A stretch of DNA of 60,086 nucleotides, filler included, from Trypethelium eluteriae (Eukaryota), in NCBI GenBank assembly GCA_051942245.1. It is 3 parts of 3 records of this genome, joined end to end, with 100 filler letters (N's around TTAATTAATTAA, not from the genome) between each part and the next. Parts side by side here need not be neighbours in the genome. Positions count along the whole stretch, not along the records: positions 40,130 to 60,086 come from JAVECL010000509.1; 2 more parts are not named here. The stretch is one strand, 5' to 3'. A program made the translations under genes and the position numbers. The notes under the pieces were generated by a model. It was given only the letters and a program-made list of their open reading frames with translations, did no database searches and had not been told where the DNA came from. Within the stretch, counting starts at the first letter, position 1; each line of letters begins with the position of its first letter. Shown one piece after another: positions 47,712 through 60,086 of this stretch.

Positions 47712-49759
47712 TCAAGCCTTGTGCTTCTTCTTTTTCTTCTTCTCTCCTCCATCTGTCGCTTCGTCCGTCTTTACCCTTTTACTGCTAGCTTTCTCCTCAA
47801 ACAACTCGCCTTCGGGTCTTCTCTTCTTCACTGGCGCCGCTTCTTCAGCGTCGCCGTTAGCCGTACTCTTCTTGCTGCTGTCATGCTGCCCGGTCGCCTC
47901 ACCATCGCGATTCTTCTTCTTTTTAGGGCCCTCTCCTTCAGTTTGTTCAACGACTTGCTCAGCCTTTTTCGCTTCTTTAGCGGCGCGCTTCTCTTCTTTG
48001 GCAGCACGCTTCTCCTCCTTGCGAGCCTTCTTCTCAGCTTTGCGTGCTCGCTTAGCTTCTTTCTCGGCATGCTTGTCTAGGTGGGCATCTGATGCTGAGC
48101 GTTTCTTGTGAGATTTGCCATTAACTTCACCACTCGATGCAGCGGAGTCCACTTCCATTGCGTCTTGATCTCCTTCTTGCTCGATCTCTTCCGCCTCTGC
48201 ACCAGCTTCAGCCTGCTTGGCAATAACTTGCAGGCCCTCAGTGCCATCTGTGCCTATGACGTGACTCGAGCCAGCTGCCTCGTCGCCTACCAATCCATCC
48301 GCGTCGGGATTGTACTTCCTGGCTTCCTTGATTGACCATTTGTCGACCACTCGCCTATCTTGGCCGGATGGTCCAATCTCCGCTCCGCGGGGGAGCACAC
48401 GTTTGTTTTCTAATCTACGGAGATGTCGCTCAAGTCGAAGTTTGTGTTCTCTGCCCATAGAAGAACGACTTTCCTGTGATTCTTCTTCTTGCTGTGCGCC
48501 AGCTGCGCGGTCGAAGTCCGAAACAGCATCGACGCGCAGGCCAAGAGCAGTCTTGGTAGCCAACATACGCGCAATTTTACCCTTGTTCCTACCAGTGGCT
48601 TGGCCAATCAAAGACGCATGATATATGAGACCATATTTCGGAGTGTCGTGCTTCGTCTTGAGGGCGCGAAACAAAGCTTTCTCTGCCCCGAGAATCTGGA
48701 TGGTGGAAGCGGGACTCTTCGCAAGGTTCACGAGAGATCCAGCATGTGAAATAAGACGTGCGCCCACCAAATCACCGACAAGAGCCGTGAGGTTAGGCGC
48801 GATTGCTTGCATGCGTGCTGACAGGTACGCCGAGAGTTCGGCACGATAATTGAACAGCTCGACTACTTGATCAGCAAGAATAGAGATAGTAGTCATGTCT
48901 TTAGAGTCGAGCTCCTGTCCCATTGAAACTTCAGCAGCCGCCTTGACAGCTGCTTCTATCTCTTCGGGAAGAATCTCGGCTAGATCCGAACTTGAGGCAT
49001 TGGAACGGGTACCCATTTTCAAAATGACTTTGGCATAGGCGGTGTTGTCGTTGATGATACGGGCCAGCTCGGGAAAGTGCCACCCATACCATTCCTTGAT
49101 GCGCATCGCGTAGTTGTTGAGCTCTTTATCAACATCGTCTAACAGATTGATCGCTTGGATGACCATGACATCAACTTTGTCTGGGGAGAACTTGAGCTTA
49201 TGCCTCGACAACGAGTGCGAAAGGCCAAGAGACATAGTAGAAATCTCCGCTGGTAGAAGTCCGGGGATGAGTGAGGGAAGGTGGGTGCGAATTGCTCTGT
49301 ACAGGTCGGAAGTAGAGGAATCGGAGATAGGAGTAATTGAGAGCGATGGGAGTTTGTTGATGGCTTTCCCAAGTTTTGGGTCAGCAACAGCAAGCGACAC
49401 TCGTTTTTCATCCTTGAGTTCGTCCAACATGGAAGACAGCGTAGGAGTGACCTGGATCCAATATTAACAAAAGCTCCGAATCCATCCCAAACAAAAATTA
49501 TTCATCCACTGAGAATGTCTTTGCAAGATGGCAAAAGGAGATCGGCGGCGCCTACCTTTCCTTCTATAAGCGCAGCGGCTTCAGTGACAGCTTCGGCAGA
49601 GCTCTGAAACTTGCGAAATTGCTTGAGCTTGAGGAGACTGCAAACGCCCTCGGCAGTCTCAGTGCTTTCCGCAAGATCATCGCGCTCGAGTAGCTTCTTG
49701 TCTTTAGCCTTTAGCAAGGCATATCCGGCGCTCGTTTCGGTCAGGATTAAGAGCGTCAT
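47712..49759 (-). CDS. NOP58: Box C/D snoRNP protein Nop58; exons 49759-49556 and 49451-47712
   Basis: [76 protein letters not shown]; Lys/Glu-rich tail. Confidence 0.96.
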
Positions 49760-50064
49760 GGTGGCAGCAGTCGTCACGATGCGTTAGGTTGAGAGGTGTG
49801 AGTATCATAAAGGAAAAGTTGTGGCCGAAATTTCGTCTGGTGGTGGAGGGCGGGAGGCGGATGGCCCAAGCTTCACATTGTTACGCTGTGATTGGATAGC
49901 TACTGGTCACCACTATTCTACCCATACACCCATAATTCTGGTTTTGCACCACTCAAGACCACGACCCAATGACGACTTGGTCCGCCTTGGGGAACGCTTC
50001 TCCTGTCATCTTGCCCTGAGGCTTGATAGCATGGGGCTTCCCCAAATACGATTGCGGGAAGACC

Positions 50065-51804
50065 ATGGCAATGAGTGACTACTTCACTCGAAAGATCTCT
50101 ACTGGACGCATTCGGACACCAATCGCAGCGCAGGCTCCGGCTGTTAGCTCACCCACAACACCGCAAACTCCCTTACTCGGACGTTCTTACTCTTCCGCAC
50201 TTAATTCTCCATCGGCCAGTTTCCGTAGCACTGACGATGAGCCTCTCATACTCGAGATAGGATCACGGTATATGCGAGCTGGCTTGGCAGGAGAACGAGC
50301 GCCGAGATGCATCCTCGACTTCAGTCCAAATGAACAGCGGCGCGTAGGAGACTACAGACAATGGCTACCAGCAGGAACTCAGGCAGTGGGGGGTTCTCAA
50401 TCCAAGCATTCGTGGGGTCGTGATCACGAGCTATGGCGAATGAACCTGAACCAGGTGGACCTCGCTCTGGTTGAAGACAAAATCGAGCGAGCATTCCGGA
50501 TCGCATCTACCAAGTATCTCATGGAGACAGCGCAGAAACCTCGGCGTATCTTCCTAGCTTTGCCTCCCACTCTGCCGCATGCCTTACTTTCGGCTACTCT
50601 GACGACGTTATTCAATAAAGCGCAGGCGCCCACGATCAGCATCTTCCCCACGCCTGCCCTGAATACTGTGGGTGCTGGGTTGCGTTCGGCTTTGATCATT
50701 GACATTGGATGGACGGAGACTATCGTCACTGGCGTCTACGAGTATCGTGAGGTGCAGCAAAGACGGAGTGACAGGGCTGGAAAGGCTCTGTGTCAGGAAT
50801 TTGGCACACTGCTCGAACGCGAGATAAGGCGCCAGAATAGTGCCGCGGATGAGAGCAATGTGCAAGATGATTCGTCAGGTGGCATTACATTTGCACAGGC
50901 GGAGGAGGTGATGACCCGAATAGGATGGTGTCAAAGCACAGGCAAAGTGTACGATGAGCAGGTGGGGCACGACTCACGCGTAGACGATGCAACAAATCCG
51001 ACGGTGCACATTCCCATTCGAGCCAGCCACCCGCCCAAAACACTCGAGATGCCTTTTTCTCGTTTGGCCGAGCCTGTTGAAGTTGCGTGGTTCGGGCGGA
51101 ACACTACACGGAAAGAACTGGATGACAATGAACAAAGTCTTCAGGAGCTAGCCTTTCAATCGTTACTCGCGCTTCCTGTCGATACCCGCGGTGTTTGCAT
51201 GTCCCGCATCATTGTCACTGGCGGTGGTTCCAAATTACCTGGTGTTAAAAGACGCCTCACGGAAGAGATTGAAGCGTTAGCTCAGGCACGCGGGTGGAAT
51301 CCCGTCCGCAATCTTGGTTCAGCGGCAGGAAAACGTAATGGAACAGAGAGCAGGATGCGTGCGAAGGTTCCATCGCAACAAGACGTCCGTTCCACGCCTG
51401 TCACTGATGGCACCAGCGAAGTCACGGACGACGATACAATTTCGTCATTGGACCGACCGACTACGGCGACGGTGGCGATGGCGCACATGGATCAAGAGCA
51501 CGATCCAATCGCTGAAAAACTGGCGCGCGAACGCGCCAAATCCATCAAACCAACCGTCCAAGGCATCGTCCGCGGCGTAGAGACGTTGGGTTCCTTTTCG
51601 GGCTTGTCCATACTGGCAAGTACTCCATTGCGCGTGCGAGGCGTGGTGGAATGCGAACGCGATACCTTTCTTCTCCACGGAGGACTGGCCAGTGCGGCCA
51701 AAGGCAAAGACATTGCAGTGTCGCAGACCTCACAACGGCAAAGTCTCGGACCTGGGGTCAGCGCGGGGACTAGAAGTAGTTGGACGCTCGGAGGTTGGGG
51801 GTAA
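50065..51804 (+). CDS. ARP10: Actin-related protein, dynactin Arp10/Arp11 (Neurospora RO7-like)
   Basis: Actin-fold motifs LILEIGSRYMRAGLAGE, GLRSALIIDIGWTET and SRIIVTGGGSKLPG; divergent from NOP58. Start at ATG 50065 or 50071. Confidence 0.78.
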   Translation: MAMSDYFTRKISTGRIRTPIAAQAPAVSSPTTPQTPLLGRSYSSALNSPSASFRSTDDEPLILEIGSRYMRAGLAGERAPRCILDFSPNEQRRVGDYRQWLPAGTQAVGGSQSKHSWGRDHELWRMNLNQVDLALVEDKIERAFRIASTKYLMETAQKPRRIFLALPPTLPHALLSATLTTLFNKAQAPTISIFPTPALNTVGAGLRSALIIDIGWTETIVTGVYEYREVQQRRSDRAGKALCQEFGTLLEREIRRQNSAADESNVQDDSSGGITFAQAEEVMTRIGWCQSTGKVYDEQVGHDSRVDDATNPTVHIPIRASHPPKTLEMPFSRLAEPVEVAWFGRNTTRKELDDNEQSLQELAFQSLLALPVDTRGVCMSRIIVTGGGSKLPGVKRRLTEEIEALAQARGWNPVRNLGSAAGKRNGTESRMRAKVPSQQDVRSTPVTDGTSEVTDDDTISSLDRPTTATVAMAHMDQEHDPIAEKLARERAKSIKPTVQGIVRGVETLGSFSGLSILASTPLRVRGVVECERDTFLLHGGLASAAKGKDIAVSQTSQRQSLGPGVSAGTRSSWTLGGWG

Positions 51805-53313
51805 ATTTCTAAAAACTACACATCGGCGATATATTTTACAAATCAAGATACCCTGAGAGCATCAGACGAACCTACGAAGTCGCAGTGCCTCGATGGATAT
51901 GCATTGTGATACATTCGGGCCGCGATTGATGCCCCTTCTAAGCAATTGAAACTCTTACTCCGTAATGGGACTCCTTGGTGCCTTAGTTCGGCCTGGGTGC
52001 GGAGGATTCCTCCAGAGGCACAGCGACCTGTGTGATCGCTGCTAGGGTCCCGGCCTCCTCAGGGTGCCCAGGGTCTCGCGTTCCATCGGTGCCATCGATG
52101 CAGGGAATAGTAGATCATGCACCCAAAGTAGTCGACGCAATGCGGATTGGTAACGCTTGCCGAACGCAAACGCGATCCTGAAGAAGCTTTTCACCTGTAG
52201 TCTAATTCCCTGTCGAGTCTGAAGCACATGATGTCTCAGGCTTCATCGCCTGACTGGAAGTGAATAGCCAAAGTGGATAGAAATTAATACTCCACCCATT
52301 ATGAGATGGCTAGCTGCTGCCGGCAAATGCTACAGAGGGGCTAATCAATTAGGCAGGCGTTGCACGGCACCGTGAACGACTGCTACGGTGGGGTCTCGCG
52401 ATGAGTGGACACGCAAGGACGATCCGGAGCCGCCGCGTGGAAGAGGGCACAGTGGATTGCGCGAGGGCAGCGATGATTCGCAGAAGGATTGCGGATTCCC
52501 CCAGGCCGGGAAAAACCAATTCAGCCAAGTCGAGGCCAGTCGGAGGACAGAGTGTCGACCGTGGGTGACCGTTGTCCCCCTGCCAGTCTGCCAGAATGCA
52601 CAGGCGGGCTGCAGCTTGGATGGCTTGCACCGCTTGCTTCAAGAAGGACGCTGCACCGCTGGACGGGTGAGCTGCTCGCACCCCGGCGCCCGCGCTGATA
52701 GGCAGGGAGAGTGGCGCCATTGCATACCAGACCCTTCGAGCATTTCTTCAACAGGGAAGGCCCCGTCCCGTGGAATCTTCTCTGTCCGCCACTAGAAGCG
52801 GTTTGCGGGCGTGGATGGTGCACCAATGCATCCCTAGCCGTGGCATGGTCCCGTGCTCGCTACCGCAGTGGAACATACAGTATTTGCCAAAACGCCCAGC
52901 TTTTTCCTCTCCGCCGAGGCCGAGGATTAATGGTTTATGAAAGCGTGGCATCCCCTTCTTCATTTCTCCAGCAAAGCACTGACTCTTGCGTACCGGGTCC
53001 TGGTGAGCCGCGATTTCGTTACGTCAGTCCTGTCGTGCTTCCGCAGCCACCACCTGCTTACCCGCACGCGGGAGTTGCCTGAAGCCTCAAAGCCACGAAA
53101 TTTCCCGGCCTATATTACCAACCAGGCGGACGACCCCCAGGCAACCAGTCTTATCGTCGTAGAAAAGACTCAGCCGCAGTCGCAATCTTAAATTCTCAGC
53201 GAGTGAGACACTATCTGCCCGATAATCTTTCGCCTTATGTTGCTGTGCCATTCTGAGACTCCCGTTACTGGAAAAAGAAATATAGCCGGGGTCGCAGCAT
53301 CTCGATCTTCATA

Positions 53314-56300
53314 ATGTCCCCTCGATCCCTGGGTGGTGCCAGCCCAGGTACGGGATCCAAAGCATTTAACTCAGTGAGCTTTGGCTATGGAGTTCAGTCA
53401 GTGATGGCGCCCAAGCAAGAATGGTGGACGGACGAACGTATCCGGACCACAGTGACCAAAGATTACATTCTAAAGAAACTCCGCATCGAAGAACGCGAAC
53501 AGCTCTTCAGCCCAATTTCATTTGATGGCCTCACTGACGACACTTATCTCGACTGGATTCTGAACAAAGCACGGAGGCTTTTTCTAATTCTTGCTACCAT
53601 TGGCCTTCCCGGCCAGATCTTTGCAGTCTTGAACGCCTCCTGGGATGATGACGACTTGCCTCTTAGTAGAGACGACGTCCGCAGCTTGAGACTATCAGAA
53701 AGGAATGACGAAAAGTTGAACTCAAGATTCTTTACCTTCCAGCATTCTTTCTGCTTAAGAGAGCTCAGGCGCGGTTCTCATTTCAGATATGCTGACAGTG
53801 AGATTATTCCTGTCGAGTTCGTCTCCAAGGCACCTTCAGCAGCGCCAATCAATGGGTGGGAGTGTTGTCGACCAGTCTCCAGCAAGAAGACCTTCGTCCG
53901 ACGTCGATTCTCCATCGGAGAAAGCTCTTACCAGCTGTCGGAAGAGGAATTCATCGACAATGTAAACCGTGCGAAAGAGATCGAGCATAAGCACATTGCT
54001 AATGCCTGGGCTTCGTACATTTGGAGAAACTCGGGTTACGTTGTGACGACCTTTGTCGGCGAACATACCCTCAAATCATTCATGGACCAAAAGGCCCCAC
54101 AGCAATTCCAAAAACTTTCCAAGCTTGAGCGAACGATCAAGCTACAAGAGTGGATCAACTGCCTCTCCCACGCGACTAAGACTCTTCATGATCGAGGCTG
54201 GCCTCACACAGAAATTCGACCGTCCAATATCCTGATTGATGCTGAGAATAACGTCGCTTTCAGTGACGTGGGTAGTGTGTCTATGTTTCAGACAGACAAG
54301 AAGCAAGATGATCAAGAAGTGTACAACTACAGTCCGCCTGAGAATTTCAGCTCGACAATTCACATGCCTGCAGTCCCGCAGCATAGGGAAAGCAAGATCT
54401 CTACTACCAGTAGTAGTGGGTCTTCTGCGTATAGTAACAGGTCCAGTTCATCCACCGACTTTTTCCGGAACTTATCCCAAAGATCTCACCCTCCTCCTTC
54501 GCCCCCACTGTCTGATATTAGTGAGGGGCCAACATCTGGAGGGCAGGCAGGCTCTCGGGACGTCCAGGTGATGCGCTCTCCAGAGAAGGCTGACATCTTT
54601 TCTCTTGGATGCATCTTCCTCGACATACTCACGTACCTGATGGAAGGTAAACTCAGTGGCTTTACGAAACAGCGCTCGTCTAAGCGGAAGAACTCTCTAT
54701 CTCTTCCGACGTCTGGCATCACCTCTGCTCCGTCCATCAAAATGGGCTCATCAAAAACGGACACCTCTTTCCACGCGAACCTTGTCAAGATTGACTCCTG
54801 GATTAAGCACCTCAGCGATGAGTCATGTGAATACGACGATAGAGAATATCGTGGCGTTCCCCGCCTTTTGAAACTTGTTCGCTCGATGCTTTCTCAGAAT
54901 CCCCAGCTCCGACCTTCGGCGCAGCAAGTCTGCGAGCGCGTCTCTGATGCTCTTACAATGCACTCGGGCATTCATAGTCCACACTGTGTTGTTGACTTGT
55001 CGAGGGAGGAATCTGAAGAGCAGAAGAGCAGGAAGCTAGAGTTCGAGTCTACACTCTCACAGCAGCAGCCTATGCTCAATGCAACAAATCTCTTCCGTAT
55101 GAGGAATGCCTCAAATGCCGCAACGGATATTCGCAAACGAGATGCGACCTCTGTGCCACCACTACGAGATACGATTTTGACGTCGATCCCACCATCGCCA
55201 CCAAGAACCGAGTCTCCAGTGTCGCCAGTATCCCCAGAAGACTCTAGTCCTATAAGAGAATTCAAGACAACCAACTTTCCTCCCCCACAACAATTCAGTC
55301 CCACTGCTGTACCGCTAACTACTTCGCCTCCGAGATCAGTTCCGCAATATGCACCATGGGGCGTACCACCTAACGTCTCTTCCTTCGTGGCCCCTGTGGA
55401 AGGCGCCTATCCTTCGGAGCTTAGAACCGTCCATTCTCCAGATTTAACTTCGACATCCTTCCTCTCCTGTTCGCCAAAGAGTGTTCTACAGCAGCCGATG
55501 CCAGGGAGTGCATCTCCAGTCTCTTTCGCATCGATGTATCCTCTTGGCATAATCCACGACTATGCCAATCCAGATTTTCCGACTGATCCTTATGCATCTC
55601 AAGCAATCGGGGAAGCAACAAACTCTGCTGCCATTTTGGAACCAAATATGCACCCAATGACCAGGACAATGACGGCTCCTAATATCCCAATCTATGCCCC
55701 AACTATGCAACGATGGCCGTCATCAACTTCTTCGGGATCCTCTTCAAGGGCGTTTCCACCCTTTGCAGCACGCCCAGGCGGATCAACAACCGTATCTCAT
55801 GCCGTACCAGCATCGTCGCTCTCCCCAGCTCTGCCGCAACCATCTTCCCCTGCACCTCACCAATCTTTTTCGCATGTCCAACATGGACCCAAGCGTTCAC
55901 AGTCGCTGGCAACCAGCAGCACACATTCAAGAGTATCTATTGAGTCCTTGCAAGCTCCATCTCCCGCACCCACAGGCGCTCTTCCTGCAATTCCAGGATT
56001 CCCACTCCGAACTTCTTCGACTCGAGCTCCAGGGACGGCGCCTCTACCACCACCCACATCAGCCCTGCCTCCGGTTCCATCTCTGCCGCCAACGACGACT
56101 CTACCTCACATTCCTCATCCCCGACATCAAAAGCGTTCCAGTGCTTCTTACATTCCTCAAGACATACCTTTTAGTTCTCCAAGGCCTGCACCGACGCCCC
56201 CAGTTCGTCATCCACCTCTCGTACAAATGCGATCCGCTCCGGATGCAGTGCCCCAAGTACCAAACGAAACGGAAGTCACACCTAGCATCGACGCACCGCA

Positions 56301-56550
56301 GATTCCGCCAAAGTCTCCGCATAGAAGGGCTAGAGCGCTCAGTCATGCGCGCTCGGGCAGTGATCTCCTGCTCGATGACACGTTGAGTGCGTGGAAGCAG
56401 GTGGCGAGGACGCCGGAGCAAATGCCTCACACGACGCTCATGCCGGAACATGGATATGCGATGGCGGAGGGGGTACATGCGGACTTAGGAACGTTGAGCG
56501 GTGGGGGTTTCACGGCTGATATGTGGAGGGATTATTATATTCATGCTTAA
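53314..56550 (+). CDS. Protein kinase-like protein (probable pseudokinase) with a long Pro/Ser-rich C-terminus
   Basis: Kinase-fold landmarks HKHI, LH..GWPHTEIRPSNILID, FSDVG, YSPPE, KADIFSLGCIFL and MLSQNPQLRPSA; 1078-aa intronless ORF. Confidence 0.88.
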   Translation: MSPRSLGGASPGTGSKAFNSVSFGYGVQSVMAPKQEWWTDERIRTTVTKDYILKKLRIEEREQLFSPISFDGLTDDTYLDWILNKARRLFLILATIGLPGQIFAVLNASWDDDDLPLSRDDVRSLRLSERNDEKLNSRFFTFQHSFCLRELRRGSHFRYADSEIIPVEFVSKAPSAAPINGWECCRPVSSKKTFVRRRFSIGESSYQLSEEEFIDNVNRAKEIEHKHIANAWASYIWRNSGYVVTTFVGEHTLKSFMDQKAPQQFQKLSKLERTIKLQEWINCLSHATKTLHDRGWPHTEIRPSNILIDAENNVAFSDVGSVSMFQTDKKQDDQEVYNYSPPENFSSTIHMPAVPQHRESKISTTSSSGSSAYSNRSSSSTDFFRNLSQRSHPPPSPPLSDISEGPTSGGQAGSRDVQVMRSPEKADIFSLGCIFLDILTYLMEGKLSGFTKQRSSKRKNSLSLPTSGITSAPSIKMGSSKTDTSFHANLVKIDSWIKHLSDESCEYDDREYRGVPRLLKLVRSMLSQNPQLRPSAQQVCERVSDALTMHSGIHSPHCVVDLSREESEEQKSRKLEFESTLSQQQPMLNATNLFRMRNASNAATDIRKRDATSVPPLRDTILTSIPPSPPRTESPVSPVSPEDSSPIREFKTTNFPPPQQFSPTAVPLTTSPPRSVPQYAPWGVPPNVSSFVAPVEGAYPSELRTVHSPDLTSTSFLSCSPKSVLQQPMPGSASPVSFASMYPLGIIHDYANPDFPTDPYASQAIGEATNSAAILEPNMHPMTRTMTAPNIPIYAPTMQRWPSSTSSGSSSRAFPPFAARPGGSTTVSHAVPASSLSPALPQPSSPAPHQSFSHVQHGPKRSQSLATSSTHSRVSIESLQAPSPAPTGALPAIPGFPLRTSSTRAPGTAPLPPPTSALPPVPSLPPTTTLPHIPHPRHQKRSSASYIPQDIPFSSPRPAPTPPVRHPPLVQMRSAPDAVPQVPNETEVTPSIDAPQIPPKSPHRRARALSHARSGSDLLLDDTLSAWKQVARTPEQMPHTTLMPEHGYAMAEGVHADLGTLSGGGFTADMWRDYYIHA

Positions 56551-57083
56551 TGAGTTATGTATAATGGTGTGATTTGAAGGGCTTCTTTTAAGAGGAGGCT
56601 CCGGATTTGGGATGAATCATGCATGTTGGATATGCATCTCAATGGAGCCACGTGGATCATTTGCATGATTTAACGGTCATTCTGAAGGGCCTCCATGGCG
56701 CCGGGTGCGGAGGAAATGCCTATCGGGAAATTTGGCCAAACAGAGTTCTTCATGTTTATGTTTATGTTGAGATATCCAGAGCCCATAGCTCGAAGAAATT
56801 CCATTTTTGATCACCCTTTACACTCTGTTATTTGAACAATTCCATGAATTAAATCCAGAAAATCCGTAAAAGAGAGAGTCCAGGAATAACCAATGTTGAG
56901 GTTACTGTTCTCAGAAATATCCTGACCTCTCGCGTGAACCGTGCATCAAAACCGCGTCGATATCTCCGCAGCAATCCGGATGTTCATCTACCTAGCTAAT
57001 TGAGAATGCATTTTCTCCTGGATCGCCCTATCCGTTTAATATTAATGACTAGCAGGATTAATACACCATCATAATCCTGAGTT

Positions 57084-60000
57084 ATGAGCAATGGAACCGT
57101 CTCCGTGGAGCTGGACGGTCCTAATGGCCGGCCTTCGAAATCTACCGTGAACGGGAGACCGCCAGCGCCAAACACTCAGAAAAGTTTGCAGGAGGCTAGT
57201 AGCGTTCAGAAACAGCAAGAAGTCCATTTCAAAGCCTCGCATGGTATTATTGTGGCTTTCTTTACCCTTTTGCTGTCAGCTCTATCAAGCTTCCCCAGGT
57301 CGAGTCCTAGCTGATCTTAAGACCAGAATACTTCATGTCCTTGGGATTTACCTATTCACGAGCGGATTCCTTCTTACCCGGCTAGTTCTCGAGCATAAAT
57401 CCGATTGCTCCGTACCTCCCATAGCATTGACAGGACGCTATGATGCTGGATCAGCAGACCAAGGATGTTGGCATCCAAAAACCTTCAACAAAGCTGTCGT
57501 CCTTATTGTAGACGCGTTAAGATATGACTTCACAGTCCCGTATAGACCGGAAGACTACGATAAGCAGCCACACCATTTCCACAATGCATTCCCAATACTT
57601 CACACAACCTCCTCCAAACAACCTCAAAACGCCTTTTTACGACCCTTCATTGCCGATCCACCTACTACGACGCTGCAACGGCTCAAAGGTCTGACTACGG
57701 GTACACTGCCTACATTCATTGATGCTGGGTCGAATTTTGCGGGAACGGCAATTGATGAGGATAATTTGGTGGCACAATTGCGAAACGCAAATAAGAGGAT
57801 CGTACATTTGGGAGATGATACATGGCATGCTCTCTTCCCAGACTATTTCGACCCTGAATTGACACATCCGTATGATTCATTCAACGTCTGGGATTTGCAT
57901 ACTGTGGACAATGGGGTAATCGAGCACCTTCTCCCATTACTGAATCCGAGCAATACAAGTAAATGGGATGTCATCTTTGGACATTTTCTAGGAGTCGACC
58001 ATGCTGGCCATAGGTACGGGCCAGATCATCCGGCCATGACTGCCAAGTTGAATCAGATGGACAGCGTCTTTCGTCAAGTCATTGATCTACTTGATGAAGA
58101 CACTCTTTTAGTGGTCATGGGAGACCATGGCATGGACGCCAAAGGAGACCACGGTGGTGAGTCTGATGACGAGATCCAAGCCGCGCTCTGGATGTACTCA
58201 AAGAGAGCTGCTTTTGGACGAACATCCCCAGCATACATCCAGCCCCCTGCTCATGCTAAAGAACGACCTGTTGCCCAAATTGATCTCGTGCCTACGCTGT
58301 CCCTCCTACTCGGGATGCCAATACCGTTCAACAATCTAGGCGCTCCCATTGAGGAAGCATTCATAGGGTCTAATGGTAAAGACATCGAGAACCTCGCCTT
58401 GGTCAACAGACTGACGGGCGCGCAAATACATCGGTACCAGCGTGAATATGCACGCGCTCAGAATCTAGACGCGACCATTCAGTCCCCTACTCTGGCCCTT
58501 TGGTCAACGGCGAATGAGAAGTTTCAAGATCTTCAGGCTACAAAGGCAACAAAAGCTGAGCAGTGGCAGAACGTTTTTGAAGCCTTCTCAAGCTACCAGC
58601 AGCAGAACCTAAGTGTTTGCCGTAGCCTTTGGGCCCGATTCGATCTTATTAATATAGCTCTCGGAATCGCGATACTTATTTCCTCGTTCGGTCTACTACT
58701 CGTCTATGCACGTAGTGTGCACAAAGACAGAGCTGATCTGACTCCCGTAATATTCACACGAGGAGCTCTGGGCGTCATCATGGGTCTTGCACTTGGAACT
58801 GGTTCAACTTACGTTGTCACACCAGACCGCTTAGTGCCCTTTTCAGCTTTTGGCGCAGCAATGGGCGGCGCACTTGGTATGGCTTCCGGACTATGGTCAG
58901 TTCGGGTAGCTCTTGTTTCCATACTACCTAGGGACTTCTGGGGCTGGTTAGCTGTCGTCTTTACTATACTCCCTTGCATTGGATTCGCTTCTAACTCGTA
59001 CACAATTTGGGAGGATGAGATCCTGTTATTTTTCCTTTCAACTTTTGGTATTTTGACGCTTGTCTCATCTTTACGTCAGCCTGTTCCGTCTGTCAGGTGG
59101 CTCGGATGCTATCATTCCATCATCTTCGTTCTTCTAACCCGCGTGGCATCTCTTTCCAGACTTTGTCGGGAAGAACAAATGCCATTCTGTAAATCGACCT
59201 ATTACGCATCCGCGACTTCATCTACTTCCGCGCCGTGGCAACTGCTAATTCCCTTTTTTGTCGCAATCATTCTCCCCGACGTTCTAAAAGCGTTCTACAA
59301 AAGCACCGAATCTTACCACGAGACAGCACCATTTGCAGTTGGATTTGCATATAGAATGGGCCTCTTCCTTGTCGCCGTATTCTGGACCATGGACGCCGCC
59401 GACGACGGTGACTGGCTCGCACACGTCCAGAATCCCACCCTCCAAAGCCTGCACGGGACATCCTTTCTCAAAGACACACGCATGCGCATCGCGCAACTCG
59501 TCCTCGCAGTCGCCTTCATCGGCGGCTATGCAACTTACTACTACGCCAAACCAATGCTTAGCATATCCGCCACTCCACGCCCCACCAGCTCCACCTCAAC
59601 CGCTTCTCTCTCCATCTCCTCCTCCAACGTCGTCACCACCACCCCAACCTCCGCCATCACCGTCCACGGCTACGCCAACGTCCACGGCACGCGCTACCTA
59701 CTGCTCCCCCTCCTGTGGTCGCTCGCCGCAACGCTCGCCGCGAAACCCATGGGCACCGGCGCCCTGGCCCTCTGCCTTTGGCAAATCCTGTCGCTCCTCG
59801 AGATCCTCGCCGCGAACCCGCATCTCGGCAGCGCATCCTCGTCATCGATCGGCCCCATCGTGCTCGCGCTGCTCGGCAGCTTCCACTACTTCAAGACGGG
59901 CCACCAGGCGAGCCTCGCCAGCATCCAGTGGGAGAGCGCCTTCATCCCGTTCAAGACGGTCACGTATCCTGGGGGCCCGGCGATGGTCGCGCTGAATACG

Positions 60001-60086
60001 TGTGGTCCGCAGATTCTGTGTGCGGTTGCGGTGCCGGCGCTGGGGTTGTGGAAGAAGGCGCCGAAGCCGGGGCGGAGGCTGAGGGC
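57084..60086 (+). CDS. GPI13: GPI ethanolamine phosphate transferase 3 (PIG-O), truncated by the window end; exons 57084-57274 and 57327-60086+
   Basis: GIYLFTSGFLLTR, VDALRYDF, FIADPPTTTLQRLKGLTTGTLPTFIDAGSNF, HFLGVDHAGHRYGPDHP, GDHGMDAKGDHGG and FKTGHQA; intron 57275-57326. Confidence 0.96.

Noticed and set aside
47719..48849. Plus-strand ORFs antisense to NOP58, and similar shadow ORFs over other genes
   Set aside because: Explained by codon bias and low-complexity sequence of the real gene.
49452..49555. Intronic snoRNA in NOP58
   Set aside because: No proper C box/D box pair in the 104-nt intron.
1..60086. CRISPR arrays, rRNA or 5S genes, telomerase RNA template, autonomous transposon ORFs
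   Set aside because: None seen by eye: no repeat-spacer array, no TAACCCTAA template, no transposase or reverse-transcriptase motifs. An Rfam/Infernal scan would be needed to exclude ncRNAs.

Overview
Eukaryotic DNA from a filamentous ascomycete (Pezizomycotina), judged from short GT-AG introns with CTRAY branch points and fungal gene families. About 18 protein genes can be reconstructed by hand. Housekeeping genes: a Clg1-like cyclin, mitochondrial uL15, a PQ-loop transporter, Rpc17, SAR1, NOP58, ARP10 and a 3'-truncated GPI13. An accessory block at 23.6-34.1 kb holds a Zn2Cys6 transcription factor, a TauD-family dioxygenase, an AHL-lactonase-like metallo-beta-lactamase, a DUF202 protein and an SDR. 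Also present: a CmcJ/AsaB-like oxygenase, a pseudokinase, an intron-containing tRNA-Ile(UAU), two fold-back (MITE-like) elements and two 100-nt assembly spacers. The most unusual signals concern RNA processing and translation: SAR1 is intact only if a 2-nt exon is spliced in; the SDR has a TAG-CTA stop followed by an in-frame PTS1-like extension plus a possible mitochondrial presequence; and a GC-AG intron splits the Zn cluster of the transcription factor. Splice models are manual readings without transcript evidence, and family calls come from recognised motifs, not database searches.
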